In this document: positions 11,401 to 25,700 of the stretch, one piece after another
How positions within the stretch are numbered: position 1 is the stretch's first letter
How the letters are laid out: every line of letters begins with the position of its first letter
From: the human T2T-CHM13v2.0 reference genome, Homo sapiens
DNA length: 64,000 bases
Reading direction: 5' to 3' (one strand)
NCBI RefSeq assembly: GCF_009914755.1
Contig: NC_060941.1
Notes under the pieces: generated by a model
The model's input: only the letters and a program-made list of their open reading frames with translations
What the model was told of the DNA's origin: nothing
Database searches by the model: none
Position numbers and translations under genes: made by a program

Positions 11401-13909
11401 AAAGGAATTATCTTCCCGTAAAAGCTAGATAGAAGCATTCTCAGAAACTACTTTGTGATGATTGCATTCAAGTCACAGAGTTGAACATTCCCTTTGACAG
11501 AGCAGTTTGGAAACTCTCTTTGTGTAGAATCTGCAAGTGGAGATATGGACCGCTTTGAGGCCTATGGTAGTAAAGGAAATAGCTTCATATAAAAGCTAGA
11601 CAGTAGCATTCACAGAAAACTCTTGGTGACGACTGAGTTTAACTCACAGAGCTGAACATTCCTTTGGATGGAGCAGTTTCGAAACACACTATTTGTAGAA
11701 TGTGCAAGTGGATATTTAGGCCTCTCTGAGGATTTCGTTGGAAACGGGATAAACCGCACAGAACTAAACAGAAGCATTCTCAGAACCTTCTTCGTGATGT
11801 TTGCATTCAACTCACAGTGTTGAACCTTTCTTTGATAGTTCAGGTTTGAAACGGTCTTTCTGTAGAAACTGCAAGTAGATATTTGGACCTCTCTGAGGAT
11901 TTCGTTGGAAACGGGATAACCCGCACAGAACTAAAACAGAAGCATTCTCAGAACCCTCTTCGTGATGTTTGCATTCAACTCACAGTGCTGAACCTTTCTT
12001 TGATAGTTCAGCTTTGAAACACTCTTTTTGTAGAAACTGCAAGTGGATATTTGGTCCTCTCTGAGCATTTCGTTGGAAACGGGATAAACTGCACAGAACT
12101 AAACAGAAGCATTCTCAGAACCTTCTTCGTGATGTCTGCATTCAACTCACAGTGTGGAACCTTTCTTTGATAGTTCAGGTTTGAAACACTCTTTTTGTAG
12201 AAACTGCAAGGGGATAATTGCACTCTTTGAGGAGTACCGTAGTAAAGGAAATAACTTCCTATAAAAAGAAGACAGAAGCTTTCTCAGAAAATTCTTTGGG
12301 ATGATTGAGTTGAACTCACAGAGCTGAGCATTCCTTGCGATGTAGCAGTTTAGAAACACACTTTCTGCAGAATCTGCAAGTGCATATTTGGACCTCTGTG
12401 AGGAATTCGTTGGAAACGGGATAATTTCAGCTGACTAAACAGAAGCAGTCTCAGAATCTTCTTTGTGATGTTTGCATTCAAATCCCCGAGTTGAACTTTC
12501 CTTTCAAAGTTCACGTTTGAAACACTCTTTTTGCAGGATCTACAAGTGGATATTTGGACCACTCTGTGTCCTTCGTTCGAAACGGGTATATCTTCACATG
12601 ACATCTAGACAGAAGCATCCTCAGAAGCTTCTCTGTGATGACTGCATTCAACTCACGGAGTTGAACACTCCTTTTGAGAGCGCAGTTTTGAAACTCTCTT
12701 TCTGTGGCATCTGCAAGGGGACATGTAGTCCTCTTTGAAGATTTCGTTGGAAACGGAATCATCTTCACATAAAAACTATACAGATGCATTCTCAGGAACT
12801 TTTTGGTGATGTTTGTATTCAACTCCCAGAGTTGAACTTTCCTTTGGAAAGAGCAGCTATGAAACACTCTTTTTCTAGAATCTGCAAGTGGACGTTTGGA
12901 GGGCTTTGTGGTTTGTGGTGGAAAAGGAAATATCTTCACCTAAATACTAGATAGAAGCATTCTCAGAAACTGCTTTGTGATGATTGCATTCACCTCACAG
13001 AGTTGAACATTCCTACTGATAGAGCAGTTTGGAAACACTCTTGTTGTGGAATGTGCAAGTGGAGATTTGGAGCGCTTTGAGGCCTATGGTAGTAAAGGGA
13101 ATAGCTTCATAGAAAAACTAGACAGAAGCATTCTCAGAAAATACTTTGTGATGATTGAGTTTAACTCACAGAGCTGAACATTCCTTTGGATGGAGCAGGT
13201 TTGAGACACACCTTTTGTAGAATCTACAAGTGGATATTTGGACCTCTCTGAGGATTTCGTTGGAAACGGGATAACTGCACCTAACTAAACGGAAGCATTC
13301 TCAGAAACTTCTTGGTGATGTTTGCATTCAAATCCCAGAGTTGAACCTTCCTTTGATAGTTCAGGTTTGAAACACTCTTTTTGTAGGATCTGCAAGTGGA
13401 TATTTGGACCACTCTGTGGCCTTCGTTCGAAACGGGTATATCTTCGCATAAAATCTAGACAGAAGTCTTCTCAGAAACTTCTCTGTGATGATTGCATTCA
13501 ACTCACAGAGTTGAACCCTCCTATGGATAGAGCAGTGTTGAAACTCTCTTTTTGTGGAATCTGCAAGTGGATATGTGGACCTCTCCGAAGATGTCTTTGG
13601 AAACGGGAATATCTTCACATAAAAACTAAACAGAAGCATTCTCAGAAACTTCTCTGTGATGTTTGTGTTCAACTCCCAGAGTTTCACATTGCTTTTCATA
13701 GAGTAGTTCTGAAACATGCTTTTCGTAGTGTCTACAAGTGGACATTTGGAGCGCTTTCAGGCCTGTGGTGGAAAACGAATTATGGTCACATAAAAACTGG
13801 AGAGAAGCATTGTCAGAAACTTCTTTGTGATGATTGCATTCAACTCACAGAGTTGAAGGTTCCTTTTCAAAGAGCAGTTTCCAATCACTCTTTGTGTGGA
13901 ATCTGCAAG
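8480..13909 (+). repeat. Two canonical 16-mer HORs (units 4-5)
   Basis: ORF spacing 8493, 11208, 13923 is 2715 each. Confidence 0.95.
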
Positions 13910-16791
13910 TGGATATTTGGACCTATTTTGAAGATTTCGTTGGAAACGGGAGAATCTTCACAGGAAAGCTAAACAGAAGCATTCTCAGAAACTTCTTTGT
14001 GATGCTTGCATTCAACTCACAGAGTTGAACTTTCCTTTCGAGAGAGAAGCTTTGAAACACTCTTTTTCCAGAATCTGCAAGTGGACATTTGGAGGGCTTT
14101 GAGGCCTGTGGTGGAAAAGGAATTATCTTCCCGTAAAAGCTAGATAGAAGCATTCTCAGAAACTACTTTGTGATGATTGCATTCAAGTCACAGAGTTGAA
14201 CATTCCTTTTGACAGAGCAGTTTGGAAACTCTCTTTGTGTAGAAACTGCAAGTGGAGATATGGACCGCTTTGAGGCCTATGGTAGTAAAGGAAATAGCTT
14301 CATATAAAAGCTAGACAGTAGCATTCACAGAAAACTCTTGGTGACGACTGAGTTTAACTCACAGAGCTGAACATTCCTTTGGATGGAGCAGTTTCGAAAC
14401 ACACTATTTGTAGAATGTGCAAGTGGATATTTAGGCCTCTCTGAGGATTTCGTTGGAAACGGGATAAACCGCACAGAACTAAACAGAAGCATTCTCAGAA
14501 CCTTCTTCGTGATGTTTGCATTCAACTCACAGTGTTGAACCTTTCTTTGATAGTTCAGGTTTGAAACGGTCTTTCTGTAGAAACTGCAAGTAGATATTTG
14601 GACCTCTCTGAGGATTTCGTTGGAAACGGGATAACCCGCACAGAACTAAAACAGAAGCATTCTCAGAACCCTCTTCGTGATGTTTGCATTCAACTCACAG
14701 TGCTGAACCTTTCTTTGATAGTTCAGCTTTGAAACACTCTTTTTGTAGAAACTGCAAGTGGATATTTGGTCCTCTCTGAGCATTTCGTTGGAAACGGGAT
14801 AAACTGCACAGAACTAAACAGAAGCATTCTCAGAACCTTCTTCGTGATGTCTGCATTCAACTCACAGTGCTGAACCTTTCTTTGATAGTTCAGCTTTGAA
14901 ACACTCTTTTTGTAGAAACTGCAAGTGGATATTTGGTCCTCTCTGAGCATTTCGTTGGAAACGGGATAAACTGCACAGAACTAAACAGAAGCATTCTCAG
15001 AACCTTCTTCGTGATGTCTGCATTCAACTCACAGTGTGGAACCTTTCTTTGATAGTTCAGGTTTGAAACACTCTTTTTGTAGAAACTGCAAGGGGATAAT
15101 TGCACTCTTTGAGGAGTACCGTAGTAAAGGAAATAACTTCCTATAAAAAGAAGACAGAAGCTTTCTCAGAAAATTCTTTGGGATGATTGAGTTGAACTCA
15201 CAGAGCTGAGCATTCCTTGCGATGTTGCAGTTTAGAAACACACTTTCTGCAGAATCTGCAAGTGCATATTTGGACCTCTGTGAGGAATTCGTTGGAAACG
15301 GGATAATTTCAGCTGACTAAACAGAAGCAGTCTCAGAATCTTCTTTGTGATGTTTGCATTCAAATCCCCGAGTTGAACTTTCCTTTCAAAGTTCACGTTT
15401 GAAACACTCTTTTTGCAGGATCTACAAGTGGATATTTGGACCACTCTGTGTCCTTCGTTCGAAACGGGTATATCTTCACATGACATCTAGACAGAAGCAT
15501 CCTCAGAAGCTTCTCTGTGATGACTGCATTCAACTCACGGAGTTGAACACTCCTTTTGAGAGCGCAGTTTTGAAACTCTCTTTCTGTGGCATCTGCAAGG
15601 GGACATGTAGACCTCTTTGAAGATTTCGTTGGAAACGGAATCATCTTCACATAAAAACTATACAGATGCATTCTCAGGAACTTTTTGGTGATGTTTGTAT
15701 TCAACTCCCAGAGTTGAACTTTCCTTTGGAAAGAGCAGCTATGAAACACTGTTTTTCTAGAATCTGCAAGTGGACGTTTGGAGGGCTTTGTGGTTTGTGG
15801 TGGAAAAGGAAATATCTTCACCTAAATACTAGATAGAAGCATTCTCAGAAACTGCTTTGTGATGATTGCATTCACCTCACAGAGTTGAACATTCCTATTG
15901 ATAGAGCAGTTTGGAAACACTCTTGTTGTGGAATGTGCAAGTGGAGATTTGGAGCGCTTTGAGGCCTATGGTAGTAAAGGGAATAGCTTCATAGAAAAAC
16001 TAGACAGAAGCATTCTCAGAAAATACTTTGTGATGATTGAGTTTAACTCACAGAGCTGAACATTCCTTTGGATGGAGCAGGTTTGAGACACACCTTTTGT
16101 AGAATCTACAAGTGGATATTTGGACCTCTCTGAGGATTTCGTTGGAAACGGGATAACTGCACCTAACTAAACGGAAGCATTCTCAGAAACTTCTTGGTGA
16201 TGTTTGCATTCAAATCCCAGAGTTGAACCTTCCTTTGATAGTTCAGGTTTGAAACACTCTTTTTGTAGGATCTGCAAGTGGATATTTGGACCACTCTGTG
16301 GCCTTCGTTCGAAACGGGTATATCTTCGCATAAAATCTAGACAGAAGCCTTCTCAGAAACTTCTCTGTGATGATTGCATTCAACTCACAGAGTTGAACCC
16401 TCCTATGGATAGAGCAGTGTTGAAACTCTCTTTTTGTGGAATCTGCAAGTGGATATGTGGACCTCTCCGAAGATGTCTTTGGAAACGGGAATATCTTCAC
16501 ATAAAAACTAAACAGAAGCATTCTCAGAAACTTCTCTGTGATGTTTGTGTTCAACTCCCAGAGTTTCACATTGCTTTTCATAGAGTAGTTCTGAAACATG
16601 CTTTTCGTAGTGTCTACAAGTGGACATTTGGAGCGCTTTCAGGCCTGTGGTGGAAAACGAATTATGGTCACATAAAAACTGGAGAGAAGCATTGTCAGAA
16701 ACTTCTTTGTGATGATTGCATTCAACTCACAGAGTTGAAGGTTCCTTTTCAAAGAGCAGTTTCCAATCACTCTTTGTGTGGAATCTGCAAG
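13910..16791 (+). repeat. 17-mer variant HOR (2882 bp), unit 6
   Basis: The ORF spacing 13923 to 16805 is 2882, with the same 167-bp duplication at 14685-15036. Confidence 0.95.
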
Positions 16792-19700
16792 TGGATATTT
16801 GGACCTATTTTGAAGATTTCGTTGGAAACGGGAGAATCTTCACAGGAAAGCTAAACAGAAGCATTCTCAGAAACTTCTTTGTGATGCTTGCATTCAACTC
16901 ACAGAGTTGAACTTTCCTTTCGAGAGAGAAGCTTTGAAACACTCTTTTTCCAGAATCTGCAAGTGGACATTTGGAGGGCTTTGAGGCCTGTGGTGGAAAA
17001 GGAATTATCTTCCCGTAAAAGCTAGATAGAAGCATTCTCAGAAACTACTTTGTGATGATTGCATTCAAGTCACAGAGTTGAACATTCCCTTTGACAGAGC
17101 AGTTTGGAAACTCTCTTTGTGTAGAATCTGCAAGTGGAGATATGGACCGCTTTGAGGCCTATGGTAGTAAAGGAAATAGCTTCATATAAAAGCTAGACAG
17201 TAGCATTCACAGAAAACTCTTGGTGACGACTGAGTTTAACTCACAGAGCTGAACATTCCTTTGGATGGAGCAGTTTCGAAACACACTATTTGTAGAATGT
17301 GCAAGTGGATATTTAGGCCTCTCTGAGGATTTCGTTGGAAACGGGATAAACCGCACAGAACTAAACAGAAGCATTCTCAGAACCTTCTTCGTGATGTTTG
17401 CATTCAACTCACAGTGTTGAACCTTTCTTTGATAGTTCAGGTTTGAAACGGTCTTTCTGTAGAAACTGCAAGTAGATATTTGGACCTCTCTGAGGATTTC
17501 GTTGGAAACGGGATAACCCGCACAGAACTAAAACAGAAGCATTCTCAGAACCCTCTTCGTGATGTTTGCATTCAACTCACAGTGCTGAACCTTTCTTTGA
17601 TAGTTCAGCTTTGAAACACTCTTTTTGTAGAAACTGCAAGTGGATATTTGGTCCTCTCTGAGCATTTCGTTGGAAACGGGATAAACTGCACAGAACTAAA
17701 CAGAAGCATTCTCAGAACCTTCTTCGTGATGTCTGCATTCAACTCACAGTGTGGAACCTTTCTTTGATAGTTCAGGTTTGAAACACTCTTTTTGTAGAAA
17801 CTGCAAGGGGATAATTGCACTCTTTGAGGAGTACCGTAGTAAAGGAAATAACTTCCTATAAAAAGAAGACAGAAGCTTTCTCAGAAAATTCTTTGGGATG
17901 ATTGAGTTGAACTCACAGAGCTGAGCATTCCTTGCGATGTAGCAGTTTAGAAACACACTTTCTGCAGAATCTGCAAGTGCATATTTGGACCTCTGTGAGG
18001 AATTCGTTGGAAACGGGATAATTTCAGCTGACTAAACAGAAGCAGTCTCAGAATCTTCTTTGTGATGTTTGCATTCAAATCCCCGAGTTGAACTTTCCTT
18101 TCAAAGTTCACGTTTGAAACACTCTTTTTGCAGGATCTACAAGTGGATATTTGGACCACTCTGTGTCCTTCGTTCGAAACGGGTATATCTTCACATGACA
18201 TCTAGACAGAAGCATCCTCAGAAGCTTCTCTGTGATGACTGCATTCAACTCACGGAGTTGAACACTCCTTTTGAGAGCGCAGTTTTGAAACTCTCTTTCT
18301 GTGGCATCTGCAAGGGGACATGTAGACCTCTTTGAAGATTTCGTTGGAAACGGAATCATCTTCACATAAAAACTATACAGATGCATTCTCAGGAACTTTT
18401 TGGTGATGTTTGTATTCAACTCCCAGAGTTGAACTTTCCTTTGGAAAGAGCAGCTATGAAACACTCTTTTTCTAGAATCTGCAAGTGGACGTTTGGAGGG
18501 CTTTGTGGTTTGTGGTGGAAAAGGAAATATCTTCACCTAAATACTAGATAGAAGCATTCTCAGAAACTGCTTTGTGATGATTGCATTCACCTCACAGAGT
18601 TGAACATTCCTATTGATAGAGCAGTTTGGAAACACTCTTGTTGTGGAATGTGCAAGTGGAGATTTGGAGCGCTTTGAGGCCTATGGTAGTAAAGGGAATA
18701 GCTTCATAGAAAAACTAGACAGAAGCATTCTCAGAAAATACTTTGTGATGATTGAGTTTAACTCACAGAGCTGAACATTCCTTTGGATGGAGCAGGTTTG
18801 AGACACACCTTTTGTAGAATCTACAAGTGGATATTTGGACCTCTCTGAGGATTTCGTTGGAAACGGGATAACTGCACCTAACTAAACGGAAGCATTCTCA
18901 GAAACTTCTTGGTGATGTTTGCATTCAAATCCCAGAGTTGAACCTTCCTTTGATAGTTCAGGTTTGAAACACTCTTTTTGTAGGATCTGCAAGTGGATAT
19001 TTGGACCACTCTGTGGCCTTCGTTCGAAACGGGTATATCTTCGCATAAAATCTAGACAGAAGCCTTCTCAGAAACTTCTCTGTGATGATTGCATTCAACT
19101 CACAGAGTTGAACCCTCCTATGGATAGAGCAGTGTTGAAACTCTCTTTTTGTGGAATCTGCAAGTGGATATGTGGACCTCTCCGAAGATGTCTTTGGAAA
19201 CGGGAATATCTTCACATAAAAACTAAACAGAAGCATTCTCAGAAACTTCTCTGTGATGTTTGTGTTCAACTCCCAGAGTTTCACATTGCTTTTCATAGAG
19301 TAGTTCTGAAACATGCTTTTCGTAGTGTCTACAAGTGGACATTTGGAGCGCTTTCAGGCCTGTGGTGGAAAACGAATTATGGTCACATAAAAACTGGAGA
19401 GAAGCATTGTCAGAAACTTCTTTGTGATGATTGCATTCAACTCACAGAGTTGAAGGTTCCTTTTCAAAGAGCAGTTTCCAATCACTCTTTGTGTGGAATC
19501 TGCAAGTGGATATTTGGACCTATTTTGAAGATTTCGTTGGAAACGGGAGAATCTTCACAGGAAAGCTAAACAGAAGCATTCTCAGAAACTTCTTTGTGAT
19601 GCTTGCATTCAACTCACAGAGTTGAACTTTCCTTTCGAGAGAGAAGCTTTGAAACACTCTTTTTCCAGAATCTGCAAGTGGACATTTGGAGGGCTTTGAG

Positions 19701-22700
19701 GCCTGTGGTGGAAAAGGAATTATCTTCCCGTAAAAGCTAGATAGAAGCATTCTCAGAAACTACTTTGTGATGATTGCATTCAAGTCACAGAGTTGAACAT
19801 TCCCTTTGACAGAGCAGTTTGGAAACTCTCTTTGTGTAGAATCTGCAAGTGGAGATATGGACCGCTTTGAGGCCTATGGTAGTAAAGGAAATAGCTTCAT
19901 ATAAAAGCTAGACAGTAGCATTCACAGAAAACTCTTGGTGACGACTGAGTTTAACTCACAGAGCTGAACATTCCTTTGGATGGAGCAGTTTCGAAACACA
20001 CTATTTGTAGAATGTGCAAGTGGATATTTAGGCCTCTCTGAGGATTTCGTTGGAAACGGGATAAACCGCACAGAACTAAACAGAAGCATTCTCAGAACCT
20101 TCTTCGTGATGTTTGCATTCAACTCACAGTGTTGAACCTTTCTTTGATAGTTCAGGTTTGAAACGGTCTTTCTGTAGAAACTGCAAGTAGATATTTGGAC
20201 CTCTCTGAGGATTTCGTTGGAAACGGGATAACCCGCACAGAACTAAAACAGAAGCATTCTCAGAACCCTCTTCGTGATGTTTGCATTCAACTCACAGTGC
20301 TGAACCTTTCTTTGATAGTTCAGCTTTGAAACACTCTTTTTGTAGAAACTGCAAGTGGATATTTGGTCCTCTCTGAGCATTTCGTTGGAAACGGGATAAA
20401 CTGCACAGAACTAAACAGAAGCATTCTCAGAACCTTCTTCGTGATGTCTGCATTCAACTCACAGTGTGGAACCTTTCTTTGATAGTTCAGGTTTGAAACA
20501 CTCTTTTTGTAGAAACTGCAAGGGGATAATTGCACTCTTTGAGGAGTACCGTAGTAAAGGAAATAACTTCCTATAAAAAGAAGACAGAAGCTTTCTCAGA
20601 AAATTCTTTGGGATGATTGAGTTGAACTCACAGAGCTGAGCATTCCTTGCGATGTAGCAGTTTAGAAACACACTTTCTGCAGAATCTGCAAGTGCATATT
20701 TGGACCTCTGTGAGGAATTCGTTGGAAACGGGATAATTTCAGCTGACTAAACAGAAGCAGTCTCAGAATCTTCTTTGTGATGTTTGCATTCAAATCCCCG
20801 AGTTGAACTTTCCTTTCAAAGTTCACGTTTGAAACACTCTTTTTGCAGGATCTACAAGTGGATATTTGGACCACTCTGTGTCCTTCGTTCGAAACGGGTA
20901 TATCTTCACATGACATCTAGACAGAAGCATCCTCAGAAGCTTCTCTGTGATGACTGCATTCAACTCACGGAGTTGAACACTCCTTTTGAGAGCGCAGTTT
21001 TGAAACTCTCTTTCTGTGGCATCTGCAAGGGGACATGTAGTCCTCTTTGAAGATTTCGTTGGAAACGGAATCATCTTCACATAAAAACTATACAGATGCA
21101 TTCTCAGGAACTTTTTGGTGATGTTTGTATTCAACTCCCAGAGTTGAACTTTCCTTTGGAAAGAGCAGCTATGAAACACTCTTTTTCTAGAATCTGCAAG
21201 TGGACGTTTGGAGGGCTTTGTGGTTTGTGGTGGAAAAGGAAATATCTTCACCTAAATACTAGATAGAAGCATTCTCAGAAACTGCTTTGTGATGATTGCA
21301 TTCACCTCACAGAGTTGAACATTCCTACTGATAGAGCAGTTTGGAAACACTCTTGTTGTGGAATGTGCAAGTGGAGATTTGGAGCGCTTTGAGGCCTATG
21401 GTAGTAAAGGGAATAGCTTCATAGAAAAACTAGACAGAAGCATTCTCAGAAAATACTTTGTGATGATTGAGTTTAACTCACAGAGCTGAACATTCCTTTG
21501 GATGGAGCAGGTTTGAGACACACCTTTTGTAGAATCTACAAGTGGATATTTGGACCTCTCTGAGGATTTCGTTGGAAACGGGATAACTGCACCTAACTAA
21601 ACGGAAGCATTCTCAGAAACTTCTTGGTGATGTTTGCATTCAAATCCCAGAGTTGAACCTTCCTTTGATAGTTCAGGTTTGAAACACTCTTTTTGTAGGA
21701 TCTGCAAGTGGATATTTGGACCACTCTGTGGCCTTCGTTCGAAACGGGTATATCTTCGCATAAAATCTAGACAGAAGCCTTCTCAGAAACTTCTCTGTGG
21801 TGATTGCATTCAACTCACAGAGTTGAACCCTCCTATGGATAGAGCAGTGTTGAAACTCTCTTTTTGTGGAATCTGCAAGTGGATATGTGGACCTCTCCGA
21901 AGATGTCTTTGGAAACGGGAATATCTTCACATAAAAACTAAACAGAAGCATTCTCAGAAACTTCTCTGTGATGTTTGTGTTCAACTCCCAGAGTTTCACA
22001 TTGCTTTTCATAGAGTAGTTCTGAAACATGCTTTTCGTAGTGTCTACAAGTGGACATTTGGAGCGCTTTCAGGCCTGTGGTGGAAAACGAATTATGGTCA
22101 CATAAAAACTGGAGAGAAGCATTGTCAGAAACTTCTTTGTGATGATTGCATTCAACTCACAGAGTTGAAGGTTCCTTTTCAAAGAGCAGTTTCCAATCAC
22201 TCTTTCTGTGGAGTCTGCAAGTGGATATTTGGACCTATTTTGAAGATTTCGTTGGAAACGGGAGAATCTTCACAGGAAAGCTAAACAGAAGCATTCTCAG
22301 AAACTTCTTTGTGATGCTTGCATTCAACTCACAGAGTTGAACTTTCCTTTCGAGAGAGAAGCTTTGAAACACTCTTTTTCCAGAATCTGCAAGTGGACAT
22401 TTGGAGGGCTTTGAGGCCTGTGGTGGAAAAGGAATTATCTTCCCGTAAAAGCTAGATAGAAGCATTCTCAGAAACTACTTTGTGATGATTGCATTCAAGT
22501 CACAGAGTTGAACATTCCCTTTGACAGAGCAGTTTGGAAACTCTCTTTGTGTAGAATCTGCAAGTGGAGATATGGACCGCTTTGAGGCCTATGGTAGTAA
22601 AGGAAATAGCTTCATATAAAAGCTAGACAGTAGCATTCACAGAAAACTCTTGGTGACGACTGAGTTTAACTCACAGAGCTGAACATTCCTTTGGATGGAG

Positions 22701-25700
22701 CAGTTTCGAAACACACTATTTGTAGAATGTGCAAGTGGATATTTGGGCCTCTCTGAGGATTTCGTTGGAAACGGGATAAACCGCACAGAACTAAACAGAA
22801 GCATTCTCAGAACCTTCTTCGTGATGTTTGCATTCAACTCACAGTGTTGAACCTTTCTTTGATAGTTCAGGTTTGAAACGGTCTTTCTGTAGAAACTGCA
22901 AGTAGATATTTGGACCTCTCTGAGGATTTCGTTGGAAACGGGATAACCCGCACAGAACTAAAACAGAAGCATTCTCAGAACCCTCTTCGTGATGTTTGCA
23001 TTCAACTCACAGTGCTGAACCTTTCTTTGATAGTTCAGCTTTGAAACACTCTTTTTGTAGAAACTGCAAGTGGATATTTGGTCCTCTCTGAGGATTTCGT
23101 TGGAAACGGGATAAACTGCACAGAACTAAACAGAAGCATTCTCAGAACCTTCTTCGTGATGTCTGCATTCAACTCACAGTGTGGAACCTTTCTTTGATAG
23201 TTCAGGTTTGAAACACTCTTTTTGTAGAAACTGCAAGGGGATAATTGCACTCTTTGAGGAGTACCGTAGTAAAGGAAATAACTTCCTATAAAAAGAAGAC
23301 AGAAGCTTTCTCAGAAAATTCTTTGGGATGATTGAGTTGAACTCACAGAGCTGAGCATTCCTTGCGATGTAGCAGTTTAGAAACACACTTTCTGCAGAAT
23401 CTGCAAGTGCATATTTGGACCTCTGTGAGGAATTCGTTGGAAACGGGATAATTTCAGCTGACTAAACAGAAGCAGTCTCAGAATCTTCTTTGTGATGTTT
23501 GCATTCAAATCCCCGAGTTGAACTTTCCTTTCAAAGTTCACGTTTGAAACACTCTTTTTGCAGGATCTACAAGTGGATATTTGGACCACTCTGTGTCCTT
23601 CGTTCGAAACGGGTATATCTTCACATGACATCCAGACAGAAGCATCCTCAGAAGCTTCTCTGTGATGACTGCATTCAACTCACGGAGTTGAACACTCCTT
23701 TTGAGAGCGCAGTTTTGAAACTCTCTTTCTGTGGCATCTGCAAGGGGACATGTAGACCTCTTTGAAGATTTCGTTGGAAACGGAATCATCTTCACATAAA
23801 AACTATACAGATGCATTCTCAGGAACTTTTTGGTGATGTTTGTATTCAACTCCCAGAGTTGAACTTTCCTTTGGAAAGAGCAGCTATGAAACACTCTTTT
23901 TCTAGAATCTGCAAGTGGACGTTTGGAGGGCTTTGTGGTTTGTGGTGGAAAAGGAAATATCTTCACCTAAATACTAGATAGAAGCATTCTCAGAAACTGC
24001 TTTGTGATGATTGCATTCACCTCACAGAGTTGAACATTCCTATTGATAGAGCAGTTTGGAAACACTCTTGTTGTGGAATGTGCAAGTGGAGATTTGGAGC
24101 GCTTTGAGGCCTATGGTAGTAAAGGGAATAGCTTCATAGAAAAACTAGACAGAAGCATTCTCAGTAAATACTTTGTGATGATTGAGTTTAACTCACAGAG
24201 CTGAACATTCCTTTGGATGGAGCAGGTTTGAGACACACCTTTTGTAGAATCTACAAGTGGATATTTGGACCTCTCTGAGGATTTCGTTGGAAACGGGATA
24301 ACTGCACCTAACTAAACGGAAGCATTCTCAGAAACTTCTTGGTGATGTTTGCATTCAAATCCCAGAGTTGAACCTTCCTTTGATAGTTCAGGTTTGAAAC
24401 ACTCTTTTTGTAGGATCTGCAAGTGGATATTTGGACCACTCTGTGGCCTTCGTTCGAAACGGGTATATCTTCGCATAAAATCTAGACAGAAGCCTTCTCA
24501 GAAACTTCTCTGTGATGATTGCATTCAACTCACAGAGTTGAACCCTCCTATGGATAGAGCAGTGTTGAAACTCTCTTTTTGTGGAATCTGCAAGTGGATA
24601 TGTGGACCTCTCCGAAGATGTCTTTGGAAACGGGAATATCTTCACATAAAAACTAAACAGAAGCATTCTCAGAAACTTCTCTGTGATGTTTGTGTTCAAC
24701 TCCCAGAGTTTCACATTGCTTTTCATAGAGTAGTTCTGAAACATGCTTTTCGTAGTGTCTACAAGTGGACATTTGGAGCGCTTTCAGGCCTGTGGTGGAA
24801 AACGAATTATGGTCACATAAAAACTGGAGAGAAGCATTGTCAGAAACTTCTTTGTGATGATTGCATTCAACTCACAGAGTTGAAGGTTCCTTTTCAAAGA
24901 GCAGTTTCCAATCACTCTTTGTGTGGAATCTGCAAGTGGATATTTGGACCTATTTTGAAGATTTCGTTGGAAACGGGAGAATCTTCACAGGAAAGCTAAA
25001 CAGAAGCATTCTCAGAAACTTCTTTGTGATGCTTGCATTCAACTCACAGAGTTGAACTTTCCTTTCGAGAGAGAAGCTTTGAAACACTCTTTTTCCAGAA
25101 TCTGCAAGTGGACATTTGGAGGGCTTTGAGGCCTGTGGTGGAAAAGGAATTATCTTCCCGTAAAAGCTAGATAGAAGCATTCTCAGAAACTACTTTGTGA
25201 TGATTGCATTCAAGTCACAGAGTTGAACATTCCCTTTGACAGAGCAGTTTGGAAACTCTCTTTGTGTAGAATCTGCAAGTGGAGATATGGACCGCTTTGA
25301 GGCCTATGGTAGTAAAGGAAATAGCTTCATATAAAAGCTAGACAGTAGCATTCACAGAAAACTCTTGGTGACGACTGAGTTTAACTCACAGAGCTGAACA
25401 TTCCTTTGGATGGAGCAGTTTCGAAACACACTATTTGTAGAATGTGCAAGTGGATATTTGGGCCTCTCTGAGGATTTCGTTGGAAACGGGATAAACCGCA
25501 CAGAACTAAACAGAAGCATTCTCAGAACCTTCTTCGTGATGTTTGCATTCAACTCACAGTGTTGAACCTTTCTTTGATAGTTCAGGTTTGAAACGGTCTT
25601 TCTGTAGAAACTGCAAGTAGATATTTGGACCTCTCTGAGGATTTCGTTGGAAACGGGATAACCCGCACAGAACTAAAACAGAAGCATTCTCAGAACCCTC

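Larger units (their letters stand above)
4705..21777 (+). repeat. 8312-bp multi-HOR tandem duplication (17+16+16 monomers, two copies)
   Basis: Rare variants recur at a lag of exactly 8312 bp: 5154/13466, 5895/14207, 5933/14245, the 167-bp duplication 6373/14685, 6914/15226, 7439/15751, 12729/21041 and 13016/21328. Confidence 0.88.
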
